The translations under genes and the position numbers were made by a program. Of a DNA stretch of 35,944 bases, positions 12,120 to 23,934 are shown piece by piece. The notes under the pieces were generated by a model that saw only the letters and a program-made list of their open reading frames with translations, was not told where the DNA came from and did no database searches. Each line of letters opens with the position of its first letter. Position 1 is the stretch's first letter. Source of the DNA: Lama guanicoe (Eukaryota); assembly GCA_013239625.1 (NCBI GenBank), contig MU054187.1, positions 19,584,711-19,620,654 on the forward strand, read 5' to 3'.

Positions 12120-12190
12120 CACTTCTGTATCTCTGAGGTAGTGCCTGGCATATTGTAGGTGCTCAATACATGTTTTGTGAATGAATGACA
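12120..12190 (+). mobile_element. L2 3' end
   Basis: gtagtgcctggcatattgtaggtgctcaata...gaatgaatga. Confidence 0.65.
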
Positions 12191-12833
12191 AAAGGAATAA
12201 ACAGGGTTTATTTCATCTGAACTGATGGCTTTCCTCATCACTCATCTCAATCTCTCTAATGGCAACTAAAGATAAGGTTTTAATACATTGTTCTCTCCTG
12301 ACCTGCTCATAGGACAGCTCTCTCCCTGTGGTTATGAGATGGTGGAGGGGCTCTCAGGCTCCCTTCACCTTTGCTCAGTGTCTCATTGCTACCATACAAA
12401 TCTCCCTTCTGCTTTGAGAAAGTTCTCCCCAGTCCTGCCACTACCATCACTAGCCTTTGGCTCCTTCGATTATTTTTAAAAAGCACCATTTCCTCAATTT
12501 AAAAAACTTCACAGAAGAATACTCTTAAGTGTTAATCCTAGTAAAAGAACTAGAATACAGTAACTTGTTATAGAACAGTTACGAGTCTAGTTTCCATGAC
12601 AGTTTCAATGCGTATTTCTCCATGATCTTATTTTTCTATGCTTCTTCAGTATCTCGTTTTCTACATCAGCTTTCTGTCCTGTGACATTTTAGATGTTAAG
12701 TAGTTTTGAATAAAACTTTAATTTTGAGATGCTACATTTTCCATTGCTGAGTCATGCTGATGAAATTAAATATGTACTAGAAGCTACAAAAGTATCACTG
12801 TACGTTGAATATTTTAACTGGAGCCACATTACA

Positions 12834-13730
12834 TTTTTTTTCCTAATGTTTTATTGTGGTGGAATACACTTATCATAAAATTAATTGTCTTAACCATTTC
12901 TAAGTGCACACTTCAGCGGCATTAAATACATTCATATTGTTTTGCAACTGTCACAACCATCTATTTCCAGAACTCTTTTCGTCTTGCAAAACTGAAACTC
13001 TATGCCCATTAAGCAATAGCCCCCCACTCTCCCCTTTCCCCATTCCCTGGTGACCACCATTCTACTTTCTGCCTCCATGACTTTTAGTACTCCATGAAGT
13101 GGAATCATGCAATATTTCTTTGTGTGTGTGTGTGTGTGTGATAGAGAGACTGGCCTAGTTCACTTAGCATAATGTCCTCAAGGCTCATCCATGTTGTAGC
13201 ATATCTCAGAATTTTCTTTCTTTTTAACACAATAATATTCTATTGTATGTAAATACCAGTTTGCTTATCCATCTGTTGATGGACATTTGGATTGCTTCTA
13301 CATTTCAGCAATCGTGAACAATCCTCCTATAAGCATGGGTGTACAAATACCTCTTTGAGTCCCTGCTTTTAATTCTTTCAGGTATATACTCAGAAGTAGA
13401 ATTGCTGGATCATATGGTAATTCTATTTTTAATTTTTTTTAGGAAATACCCTATTGTTTTCCACAGTAGCTGTACCACTTTACATTCCCACTAACACTGA
13501 ACAAAAGCTCCAATTTCTCCACATCCTCACTAATAAGTTATTTTTTAAAATAGTGTCTTCATCTTAATGAGTATGAGGTGGTATCGCATTGAAATTTTGA
13601 TTTGCATAATCACGAATGATTAGTGATGCTGAACATCATTCCATGTGCTTATTGGCCATTTCTATATCTTCTTTGGAGAAATGTCTATTCAAGTTCTTTG
13701 CCTGTTTTTAAGTCAAGTTGTTTTTTGTTG
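12834..13730 (-). mobile_element. L1MA/L1MB-type 3' fragment between FABP4 and FABP9
   Basis: ttgcaaaactgaaactct...ttcacttagcataatgtcctcaaggctcatccatgttgtagc...gaattgctggatcatatggtaattct...ggagaaatgtctattcaag. Confidence 0.88.
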
Positions 13731-14556
13731 TACATGGAACGCCAATGATCTGTAGTGATGCTTCAAAGCTCCACAGTGTGCAGAAGAAACAATACACACG
13801 TACACACACACACACACATGCACACAAATGAACACATACTCCTACCTAGGAAGCCTTATTATCATTTTTGTCTGCTTTGTATATCAGGGTACCATGGAGA
13901 TTTTACTTGAATAAAAAGTTCTAGAACATATTCAACATCTTATTTGAATAAAAAGTGCCATTGGTAAGAAAAAAAGGAAAATTTGGAAACCACTACAAGA
14001 ACATTTGCATCATTATTCATTACAAGGCTGTCACCTCTTTTCTGGAATAAATATCATGGGATTATTTGGACTCAATTCTTGGGAGATCCAGGGATAGTTT
14101 GGTTTACCAATATTTTTTTAGGTTAAAACTTATAGCCTAGAAATCTTTTCCCACATTACTCATTGCTACGCTACTTCTCTCTCCTAAAGCTCCAGGACAG
14201 AGGGTGAGAAATGACAGTACCTGGGCCAGCTGTGGACTGTGCACAATTTCATTACATTTAAAACTACCTTAGTAGTTAAGATATAGCTATTTGACTATAG
14301 TTATGCTAAAGAAAGACTTCATATTTAGTAATAGCACATATTTATCATCTTCCACCTAAGACAATGGAAAATTCATAAATACTAATTTTTTCACCTTGGA
14401 TTATTATGAAAAGTCATACTACTCATACTGGAAACAAAGCGCTAATACACTTTTCTATTTCCATTACTGAATTATGAGTAACAAATTGTAAAAAAAAAAG
14501 AGAAATTGTCCAACACAATGAATAAATCATTACATCACCTTATAAATCTAAAAAGT

Positions 14557-14562
14557 TTTATT
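14557..14562 (-). terminator. FABP4: FABP4 polyadenylation signal AATAAA
   Basis: TTTATT on the + strand, about 150 nt after the stop codon. Confidence 0.8.
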
Positions 14563-14714
14563 TAACCAACGCAACCATATTGAATAAAATCAATTTGGGG
14601 GGAAATTAGTCACTTGCTAGTTAGTGGAAAATAACAACGTATGTTTGAACAACACATCCGACAGAATGTCGTAGAGTTGGATGCAAACTTCAGTCCAGCT
14701 CAATGTCCCTTGGC

Positions 14715-14765
14715 TTATGCTTTCTCATAAACTCTGGTGGAAATCACATCTTTCATGATACATTC
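14715..14765 (-). CDS. FABP4: FABP4 coding exon 4
   Basis: Acceptor CTAG|GAATGT; encodes [16 protein letters not shown]; stop TAA at 14717-14715. Confidence 0.96.
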   Translation of the reverse strand, partial: ECIMKDVISTRVYEKA

Positions 14766-17700
14766 CTAGGCACAAAAAAAAATTGTTGATAAATCCCTGA
14801 GACTAGACCACTTATGTTTTGTTTATTCATTGTCTCCTTCAGTGTTGGAAAAGAAGCAATATTCATCAAGAGACATTAGTTCTGAGTTCATATAGATCCC
14901 TGATACTGCAATAAGTTAGGGAGACTGAAAGATCAAGAAGACACAAGCTTTGCCCTCAAGGAACCTTACAATCTATATGGTGAGTGGGAAACATAATTAG
15001 AAATACACAGTACAATATGGTTCATGTTGAGAAGGTTCGAGAAATGCTTCCTGGGGGACAGTGTGCCTGGGCTGAGCTAAAAAGCATAAAGGGTAATTGC
15101 CAGAGTGAAACCAGAATCCCAACAGAATAACCTCTTTGTTCAACAAGGGCAGTTATCTGCTTCTCTGGGTAGAGTAATGACAGTGAGATACCCTAGCAGT
15201 AGACTCTGGAATTAAGTAGCTAGAAGATACTCACCACCACCAGTTTGTCATCCACTAGTTTTCTCTTTATGGTGGTTGATTTTCCGTCCCACTTCTGCAC
15301 TTGGACCAGGGCACCTCCATCTAATGTTACGATGCTCTGAGGCATAAGAGAAAGCGATGAAAGTGGTGGAAAAAAATAAAATAAAAAATAGAGCACCTTT
15401 ATTTGAAGGAACATTTTAAGGTCACTAGTAATTCTATATTACAAGAAAATATTGCAGGAATTGAAAAAAAAGGAGTACCCAAAACAATAGCATACAAAAT
15501 TTTATTTATATGTGTGTATATATAAAAATATATATATTTATATATATTATGAGCAGAATATTATACAAACATGCATTTGAAAAAATACAGTGAAAATATA
15601 TAGATAATAAACGTATGTTGAGATGGTGGTACCATAGGAGATTTTTTTCCTTTTTTTCTTCCACTCTTTTATAAAAGTTCTCTAACATTGTTGTTACTTT
15701 AGTTGATGTCAAATACTATATATATATGGTATAAGAAATAAGTTATGTTAATTGTTTTCTTGAATAATAAGACAACTGTATAAAAAAAAAAGGCCAAATT
15801 CACCAACTAAATACCAAAGGCAATATGGTTCAGATCTGGGAGTCAGGCATAGTTGGCCTGTGATGAAACAGATTTCCTCCTTTTGCAAACTGGCTTCTTT
15901 TTGTGGTCATTTAGAAACCAGGCATTTACTCTGCTTCGATCCCTTATTCCTCACCTTGACTTTCCTGTCATCTGCTGTGACTTCATCAAATTCCTGGCCC
16001 AGTTGGAAGGAAATCTCAGTATTTTTAAAGGTACTTTCAGATTTAATGTTGATCACGTCCCCATTCACACTGATGGTCACGTTGGGTTTGGCCATGCCGG
16101 CCACTTTCCTGGTGGCAAAGCCCACTCCTAGAGTTGGGAAAAGAAAAATGTCAAATTTATAATGTCCTCTCACATTTTTATATAAGAAAGAGGTATAGTG
16201 GGGTGGGGCGGGGGGTGGCGGAGGGAGGGGCGTGTGCACGTGTGCCTGAAAGGAGAAAGACACCAGTGAGACCAGTGAGTTTCTTAAAGACTTATGTAAC
16301 TATCTTCTGCAGATAAGTAAAGAGGCTAATATTTTAGGAAAACCTGAGGTACAAGTCTACTCTTGAAATCTCCCCTTCTGGGTTTCAGATGCAACTCCTT
16401 AGAAGACCCACTGTTAATTTTCAACAAGAATATATACAAAGATCAAGTCTCCTGGAACATACAAATTTTAAAAGCCACTGTATTCTCAAATTACCTGGTC
16501 ATCGCTACCATGAGGGCAGCCAGTCATTTTGCTCAATTCATGGAACAATTGGGGCACCTCGACATTTCCTCCTTAGACAACAACAGTGATCTAATCCACG
16601 GTCCAAGACAACTCCCAGGAGGATTTCGGTGGCCAGTACAGAGTTACTCAGTTCAAAAGGAATCTGTTTGGGTGTACCTAAAACACACTCCATGGCACCT
16701 GCTGCCAGTCTAGTTTTCTTGGCTCGTCCACATGACGCTACTATGAAATGAAGATTTTGATGACTTGTTCCAAAAGGCAAAATGCTTCCTACATTCACAC
16801 CATTTTAGAACGGGGAGGCTGTTCCCAGTAAATCATAGGAAATGTTAAAGAACTAGGCATCAACTGTGAAAACTTCAAAGGATAAGAAATCACTATTTTG
16901 GGAGGTTTAGAAATTAATCTTTTGGTTCCCAATCACTTAAGTGGCAAACTCCTCTTTAAAAAAAAGAGAGAAATGCATTTTTCTTGCGACAGGGATCGGA
17001 TGAACAGTTTACGACCTAACATAGACAGCAGTAACTTCCTGTCACTGCATATGTTATATAGAATTTGTGACAGTCCTAGATTTGTTGGATTTTTTAAAAG
17101 ATGTGTACACAAATCTAAGCTACTTCTTTGACTAAAAGCTTCTGACAGGTACCACAGGTTTTAGACATAGTGAGGATCAGGGAGAGAAATATTATAGAAA
17201 ACATGCGATGCTTTAGCTCCCTGTCTGAAAGTAGAGACAAGAGGGAAGACAATATGTTGATTCACCAAGTCCTGTTTCTGTTACAAAATATAACATCAAA
17301 TATATGGAGTGAGTCAACCTGCTGAATGGATGCAATGTCGGGTATGACTCCAGACTTGCTGAGCTTAAGAAAAATCTTACTTTCCACTTGCTTGATTCTG
17401 TCCTTCCTGACCATCAATTAGAGCAGCTAAGTTCAGGAGGCATCTTACTATCTTTCATTTTCATCAGCACTTTATAATTTTAAAACACATGAGAATTTAT
17501 ATAAAAAATATTAAAAGTATAAATGTTTCTAAAAATCACTAGCTAAATAGTCTCAAATCCCGGCATGCCTATGTCAATGTGTGTTAATTAGTTTAATCGA
17601 ATCACAAGTAGTGGGTATTCTTGAAAGCTAGGTATCATTCATGCTGAAGTCCCTGATTCCCCTCTTGCCTATAAACAAGAAAAACAGTAGTTAGAGACAA

Positions 17701-18677
17701 GCAAAATATAAACTATAAGATATAGTAGAAAGTTAACTCTTAAGAATTAGGGAGAAAATCATAACCCCTAATAAAGATATTGTGAAAAAAATATTTCCCC
17801 AGTTTGCAACTCCTGGGTAAACTTGATCATGCATGGGAGATGGGGGAGGGGGGCCTCCCCTTGAAAGATGGATTTTCAAGACTGAAGTTGCCTGAGTGAA
17901 ATCTTGCCTCTCTATTCCTCTGCTTTATCTCTATAATTATCTGGGGAACATTTGCTCAGCACACAGGCAATGTTAGCAGAATCCAAAACCCCGAAAGCCT
18001 CCATTATCAATAATTCTATGGCATTCCATGCAATTTTCTGGTCAGACAAATATTCAAGCCCTTTAAGGAACATATTTCCTGAAATTAAGATTTATCTTTC
18101 TCCCATAAAATAATCACACATTTTAAGAAGTTGACCTTGAGACAGTAAAATAATTGGTTAATGTACATTACTCAAAAAATTACATTAAGATGAGAAATAC
18201 AGTGCTTCTGATTTCAAATGGAAATTATTACATACTAGGAACTACATATAATTTTATTTCCAAGTTATTGCTTATTTTATATGCAAAGGAGAATGAAGGG
18301 AAAAACAGGTCAAGAGCTAAGAAGACCAAAGATATGCAAGTTTGCAATGAAATAAAATCTTGTCACTTCTGTACACCGTAACAATTCCACTTACACCCTT
18401 TTTCAATATCAGTTTAACTTTAGGAAGCATTAGTTGTGACTCACGTCTAGAATGTTTCTAGAAACAAACGATTCTCACTTTCTACTTTCACGACCTCTCT
18501 ATTGAAAGCAGCATTTCATGTCTGGCCAATACTTCCAGAGTGAAAAACAGCCATAAGCCATTCTTGCCCAGAGCAAAAATTACACACCCAACCAATTTCC
18601 TTACCTACTTCTTTCATGTAATCATCAAAGTTTTCACTGGAGACAAGTTTCCAGGTACCCACAAAAGCATCGCACAT
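14715..18677 (-). CDS. FABP4: Fatty acid-binding protein 4 (adipocyte FABP, aP2), 132 aa; spliced CDS join(18605-18677,15955-16127,15235-15336,14715-14765)
   Basis: Manual splicing at GT-AG sites gives [132 protein letters not shown]. Exon sizes 73/173/102/51 are canonical for FABP4; R107/R127/Y129 ligand triad is present. Confidence 0.98.
14820..15090 (-). mobile_element. L2 fragment in FABP4 intron 3
   Basis: ttgccctcaaggaaccttacaatcta...aaatgcttcctggggga..tgggctgagct. Confidence 0.5.
15235..15336 (-). CDS. FABP4: FABP4 coding exon 3
   Basis: Acceptor CAG|AGC; donor GTG|GTGAGT; 102 bp; encodes [34 protein letters not shown]. Confidence 0.97.
15955..16127 (-). CDS. FABP4: FABP4 coding exon 2
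   Basis: Acceptor TAG|GAGTG; donor AAG|GTGAG; 173 bp; encodes [14 protein letters not shown]...ADDRKVK. Confidence 0.97.
18605..18677 (-). CDS. FABP4: FABP4 coding exon 1 ([25 protein letters not shown])
   Basis: ATG at 18677-18675; donor G|GTAAGG at 18604; phase 1. Confidence 0.97.
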
Positions 18678-18768
18678 TTTGTGAGCTTTCTGGGCTTATT
18701 CTTCAAGGTGAGAAGGAAGCTATAGCTTTCAGGAAGGTGCTATGACCCTCAGGAGTCAGATAACTTCC

Positions 18769-18891
18769 TTTTATAGATGCCCAGAACATGTGACCTTAGG
18801 AATAACCAATTGAAAATGGTATCAGATCATTTCCTTCATTAGCAGCCTCTGCAGTTTTTTTTGAGTCATGTTTTTAATAGAAATTTCTCAA
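18769..18891 (-). promoter_or_regulatory. FABP4: FABP4 proximal promoter: TATAAAA (18769-18775), E-box-like CATGTG (18787-18792), CCAAT (18806-18810), AP-1 TGAGTCA (18862-18868), C/EBP TTGAGAAAT (18883-18891)
   Basis: Motifs read directly. AP-1 and C/EBP order and spacing match the known aP2 proximal promoter. Confidence 0.85.
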
Positions 18892-19493
18892 CTTTGGTCC
18901 TCCCTGGCAAATGGTCATTGGACTTAGAATGCAACTTCTTTTTAGCCATTAACAGAATACTTTAAACATTCTTGTTCTGAGTTTCATGTTCGGTGCATTG
19001 AATTTTCTCCTATTATTTTCATTAGTGTTTACCCCAGTGTAGAAGCGAGTACGGGAATTATCTTGGGATGAATTTTGACTCCCTTTTCTGGAGTTACTAT
19101 TAAAAGTACAATTTTGTGGTTCTTTTGAATTGAGAAAATAAAAGAATTACCTTAGATACTCTTAAGTAATTGCAAAGGTTTTGGGGGATTGCCTGGCAAT
19201 TAAAACAAAAGAAGTAATGGCATTTTAAAGTACCCCAGGCTTCTCATTTCAACCATTTTATAGGAATGAAAAAGAAATAAATCAATTCAATTACCCATCA
19301 GGAATCTCGACAGTAGATTTAGTTAATAAATGATAATTTAACCTCACTCTTTCATCCCCTAAATGAGCTGCGTATAGGGCTGATTTCCAAAAACCCATTA
19401 AAAAATAGGCTCCAATCCAAAACATACTTCCTACACTGAGAAAATTCACCCAGTTCCCAAACTATATTATATGCTCTAAATTTACCAGCTCTA

Positions 19494-19656
19494 GGGGGAG
19501 GGTATAGCTCAAGTGGTAGAGTGCATGCTTAGCATGCATGAGGTCCTGGATTCAATCCCTGGTACCTTCTCTAAAATGAATAAATGGATAGACCTAATTG
19601 TCTCCCCCCACAAAATAAATAAACACTGAAGAGAAAAAGAAAAGAAAGATTTTTAA
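19494..19656 (+). mobile_element. tRNA-Ala-derived SINE (vic-1-like, longer variant)
   Basis: GGGTATAGCTCAAGTGGTAGAG...TTAGCATGCATGAGGTCCTGGATTCAATCCC plus an A-rich tail. Possible degenerate TSD aaatttaccagctcta / aaatttatctggctgta. Confidence 0.82.
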
Positions 19657-20089
19657 AAATTTATCTGGCTGTAAACAGTGTTGCCTTACTTAAAAATACA
19701 GTTGGAAGTGGGGTGGTCACAAGCTATCAAAATCTAATTTCCTTCTTTTACCTGGTGAATGCTTTTCTAAAGTAATCTTGTATTTCAGTGCCCCCACCCT
19801 CTCCCTGCCCCATACCAGAATGATGGAAGATACACACATGGGCAACAAGCTCCCGTGAGCATACCCAGATTTTGGAAATGAAAAAAGAAATTAAAGCATT
19901 GAGGGCTGATGAATCAGCACACTGAGTATCCCACTGGACAGTGTCTGCTGAGCACATGATTGATTTATAAGTGTCCTGAGGGCTTCCCAGAAATGTTTGA
20001 GGCAGAGTATTCTGGAAAAGACAGGATTTTCTGTAGGCAAACAAGTTGTAAAATCCTGATAAAGTCATGTTCCAATAGTAGTTTTTGTG

Positions 20090-20182
20090 AAAATTAATAT
20101 ATGTATGTATATGCATGACTGGGACAGTATGCTGTGCACCAGAAATTGACACATTGTAACTGACTACATTTCAATTTTTTAA
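20090..20182 (+). mobile_element. Very short L1 3' tail (lineage-specific)
   Basis: atatgcatgactgggacagtatgctgtgcaccagaaattgacacattgtaactgac, near-identical to the copy at 26810-26880. Confidence 0.75.
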
Positions 20183-20328
20183 TTGTTGCGTATGTTAATG
20201 TTCCTTCTCCCTGGGATGTTGCACAGATTCACAGACTGTGGGTGGTGTACCACTCTGGGTAGGCTTACTATTATAAATTCTTTGGACAAGAAAATAAAAA
20301 ATGAACAATCTTCATACAAGAATAATAA

Positions 20329-20369
20329 TGTTCTAAATTAATCATGGCTTTGTTCTAAATTAATCATGG
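20329..20369. repeat. 19-bp tandem duplication (tgttctaaattaatcatgg), period 22
   Basis: Exact copies at 20329-20347 and 20351-20369. Confidence 0.85.
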
Positions 20370-20409
20370 TTTTTGCTTTTTGTTTTGTTTCTAGTTTGTT
20401 TTGTTTTTA

Positions 20410-21527
20410 GTTTTTTTTTTTAAGAGAAGTTTTAGGCTTACAACAAAATTGAGAGGAAGGTACAGAGATTTCTCATGTGCTCCCTGCTCCCACACATGCG
20501 TAGCCTCCCCCATTCTCAGTGTCACTCACCAGAGTGGTACATGTTTTACTAAGGATGAATCTACTTTGACACATCATAATTGCCGAAAGTCTGTATGTTA
20601 ACTTAGGGTTCACTCTTGGTGTTGTACCCTCTATGGATTTGGACAAAAGTGTAATGACATGTATTCATCCTTATAATGTCATGCAGAGCATTTTCACTGC
20701 CCTAAAAATCCTCTGGGCTTTGCCTATTCAACTCCCTCCCATGCTCCCACTGCCTTCCCCCTGACCCGGCAACCACTGCCATGGTTACTGTCTCCATGGT
20801 TTTGCCTTTTCCAGAAGGTCATAAGGTTGGAACCATACAGTGTGCAGCCTTGTCAGATTGCCTTCTTTCACTTAGTAATATGTATTTACGTTTCCTCCAT
20901 GTTTCTTCATGGCTTGATAATTAATGCCTTTCTTTTTAGCACTAAAGAATATTCCATTGTCTGGAAGTACTACAGTTTATTAATACGTTCACCTACTGAA
21001 GGACATCTTCATTGTTTCCAAGAGTTGGCAATTATGAATAAAGCTGCTATAAGTGTCCACATGCAGGCTTTTGTGTGACATAAGTTTTCAACTCCTTTGG
21101 GTAAATACCAAGAAGCATAATATGGCAAAAGTATGGTAAGTTCTGTAAAGAACCACCACACTGTCTTCCAAACGGGCTGTACCATTTTGCTTTACCATCA
21201 GCCCTGAATGAGAGTTTCTGTTGCTCCACAGCCTCAGCGGCATTTGGTGTTGTCAGTGCTCTGATTTGGGCCATTTTAATAGGTGTGTAGTGGTATCTCA
21301 TTGTTTTAGCTTCCATTTTCCTGATGACATATGGTGTGGAACATCTTTTCGTAAGCTTTTTTGCCATCTGTATACATTCTTCGGCAAAGTCTCTATTAAG
21401 GCCCTTGACCCATTTTTTAAAATCATGTCATTGGTTTCTTACTGTTTAATTTTAAGAGCTCTTTGTACATTTTGGACAACCATCCTTTATCAAATGTGGC
21501 TTTTTGCAAATATTTTTCCTAGTCTGT
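20410..21527 (-). mobile_element. L1MC1-like 3' fragment
   Basis: cagagtggtacatg...ttagggttcactcttggtgttgtac...tgggtaaataccaag. The minus-strand ORF MAKKLTKRCST..MRYHYTPIKMA resembles the L1 ORF2 C-terminus. Confidence 0.85.
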
Positions 21528-21669
21528 AAAAGAATGGCTTACTTTTCAAAATATATGTTGATGTTTTACTTTTAGTAACAGGTTGCTTCAGACAGATTTT
21601 CAAATGATTGTCACATTTGAACAGATGTGCACTGCGACACTTCAATTTAGATACGTTTTTTTAGAGACG

Positions 21670-21961
21670 GACTGTCCAATATCATGGTCTCCAGTCAAAT
21701 GTGGCTCTTGAATACCTGAAATATGATAGTACGCCTGAGATACTAAATTTTTTTGTTTTACATAGTTTTAATTAAAATTCAAGGAATGATCCTGATTTAG
21801 TAATTGAAAAACTTTTACATATATGTGGAGGAATTTGAGTATGTGGATCTATTTTTTCAGCTATAAATTTTATAAAATCTAAATGTCTATCCAACATTAC
21901 GAAAGAAAATTTGGAGTCTGAATGGAGGTGCCCTGTTAGAATAAAATGTAAACTGAAGTTT
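21670..21961. mobile_element. hAT-Charlie (Charlie1/MER33-like) DNA transposon, left part
   Basis: ctgtccaata terminal motif; aatgtggctcttgaatacctgaaatatg...gaaaatttggagtctgaatggaggtgc. Confidence 0.6.
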
Positions 21962-23680
21962 GGGGATTTCTGGTCAAGATGGAAGAATGATAGGACCATG
22001 CCTCTCCTCATGATTACAACAAAACCACAACTGACTGCTAAACAACCATCAAAAAAAAAAAAAAGACTGGAACCTAACAAAAAAAAACTTCTTCAACTGG
22101 AAACACAAAGAGAGAACGGTAGGAGGGGCGTTCTCACAATATAATAGGGTGGGCTGCCCACAAGCTGAAGAACAGTTAAGAGGCCCTCCCACAGGAGTGA
22201 GAGCTCTGAGCCCCACGTCAGGCTCCCCAGCTCAGGGTGCCAGAATTGGGAGTAGGAGGAGATCCCAGGACATCTGGGTTTGAAGGCCAGTGGGGCTTAG
22301 CTCCAGGAACCCCATGGGACTGGGAGAAACAGAGACTTCATTCTCTTAGGAAGCATAAATAGAATCTCCTGTGCCCCAGGTCCTAGGGCAGAGACAGTGA
22401 TGTCATAGGAACCTGGGCCAGGCCTGCCTCCTAGTTTTGCAGGGTCTCCTGGGGAGGTAGAGGATGGCTGCGGCTCACCCACAGGACATAAAGGCTGGTG
22501 GTGGACATTCCAGGAGCGTTCATCTACGTCAGCTTTCCTCGTGGCTGGTATCTTGATTGGATCATTAGCACCAAGACCTAGCCCCACCCAACAGCCTGTA
22601 GGGAAGCCTCTGGCCAAATAACACGCAGGGTGGGAACACAGCCCCACCCGTCAGCAGACTTAATGAGCCACAAACTGCCTCTAGACACAGTTCTACCCAC
22701 CAGAGGTCCAGGACCAAGCTTCACCCAGCAGTGAGCAGGCACCTGCCCCTCCTGCTGGGAAACCTGCACAAGCCTCTAGTCCAGCCTCATCCACCAGGGG
22801 GCAGATACCAGAAATAAGAAAACAACAATCCCAAAGCCTGTGGAGGGAATCCACAAACACAGGCCAGATGCTATACTGGAACCAGTTGGACCCTGGCCCT
22901 TGGGTAACAAGAGAGGAGGTACTTCTGGGACACATAAGACATCTCCCACAGAAGGCTACCTCTCCAAGGTCGAGAAACGTAACTAACCCAACTAAAAATA
23001 CAAATAAACAGATAGACAGTATAAGGCAGTTCAGGGTCTTTTATGGTTCCATATAAATTTTGGATTGTTTGTTCTAGTTCTGTGAAAAACATTGTGAGTA
23101 TTTTGACAGGGGTTGCATTAGACCTATAGATTGCTTTGGGTGGCATGGCCATTTTGATAATGTTGATTCTTCCAATGCAAGGGCACAAGATATTTTTCCA
23201 TTTCTTTGATCATCTTCAATTCCCTTCATCAATGTTTTACAGTTTTCAGAGTATAGGTAACCTCCTTGGCTAAGTTTATTTCTAGGTGTTTTTCTGTTTT
23301 TGACACAATGGAAATGTTTACGCCAGTCATAAAATTCTGGTTTTGCAGTGAAAAAAAAAATTAATGAAAGGCCACAAATGGCAAGCTACCCTCCTTTTTT
23401 GTGGGTTAGTTATATTCCATTGCATATATATGCTGCATCATCTTTATCCATTCATATTTATCCATGTATATTTTTGAATTAATTCTTATTTTGTGGTTGG
23501 CTTTATTCCTTTAATAACTATGTACGTTTAAAAGCTAAAGCTCTAAACGTTCTTAGAAACAATGAACAGTACATATATGTAAATTTTTTAATGTGCAGTG
23601 TATTGTATATATGTATTTACATGCAATATACTGTATATGTACAGTCAAATTATAACAATTCTACGTAATAAAATTGAAAA
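21962..23680 (+). mobile_element. Composite L1-derived insertion: L1 5'UTR (+, ~21962-23015), inverted ORF2 fragment (~23020-23315), inverted 3' piece (~23373-23460), AT-rich tail with AATAAA
   Basis: Begins ggggatttctggtcaagatgg (L1 5' motif). Minus-strand [28 protein letters not shown] is L1 ORF2. Ends aataaaattgaaaa. Confidence 0.75.
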
Positions 23681-23689
23681 ATGAAATTT

Positions 23690-23910
23690 TGAGAATTTTG
23701 AGAACAATATGAAAAAAGTATAATATTTCATTAAAATTTTTACATTGATAATATATGTCAGAATGACAACATTTTAGATATATTGAATCAAAATATATTA
23801 CTAAGATTAATTTAATCTTTTTTTTTTTTTTGCTTTCTTAATGTAGCGACAAGATAATTTTAGATTACACATATGTGGCTCATGTTCTGCTTCTGTTGGG
23901 TGGTGCTGTT
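23690..23910. mobile_element. hAT-Charlie (Charlie1/MER33-like) DNA transposon, right part
   Basis: attttagatatattg...aagattaatttaatc...attacacatatgtggctcatg...gctg continues the consensus broken at 21961. Confidence 0.6.
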
Positions 23911-23934
23911 TTGGAGTACCATGACATCAAGTTT

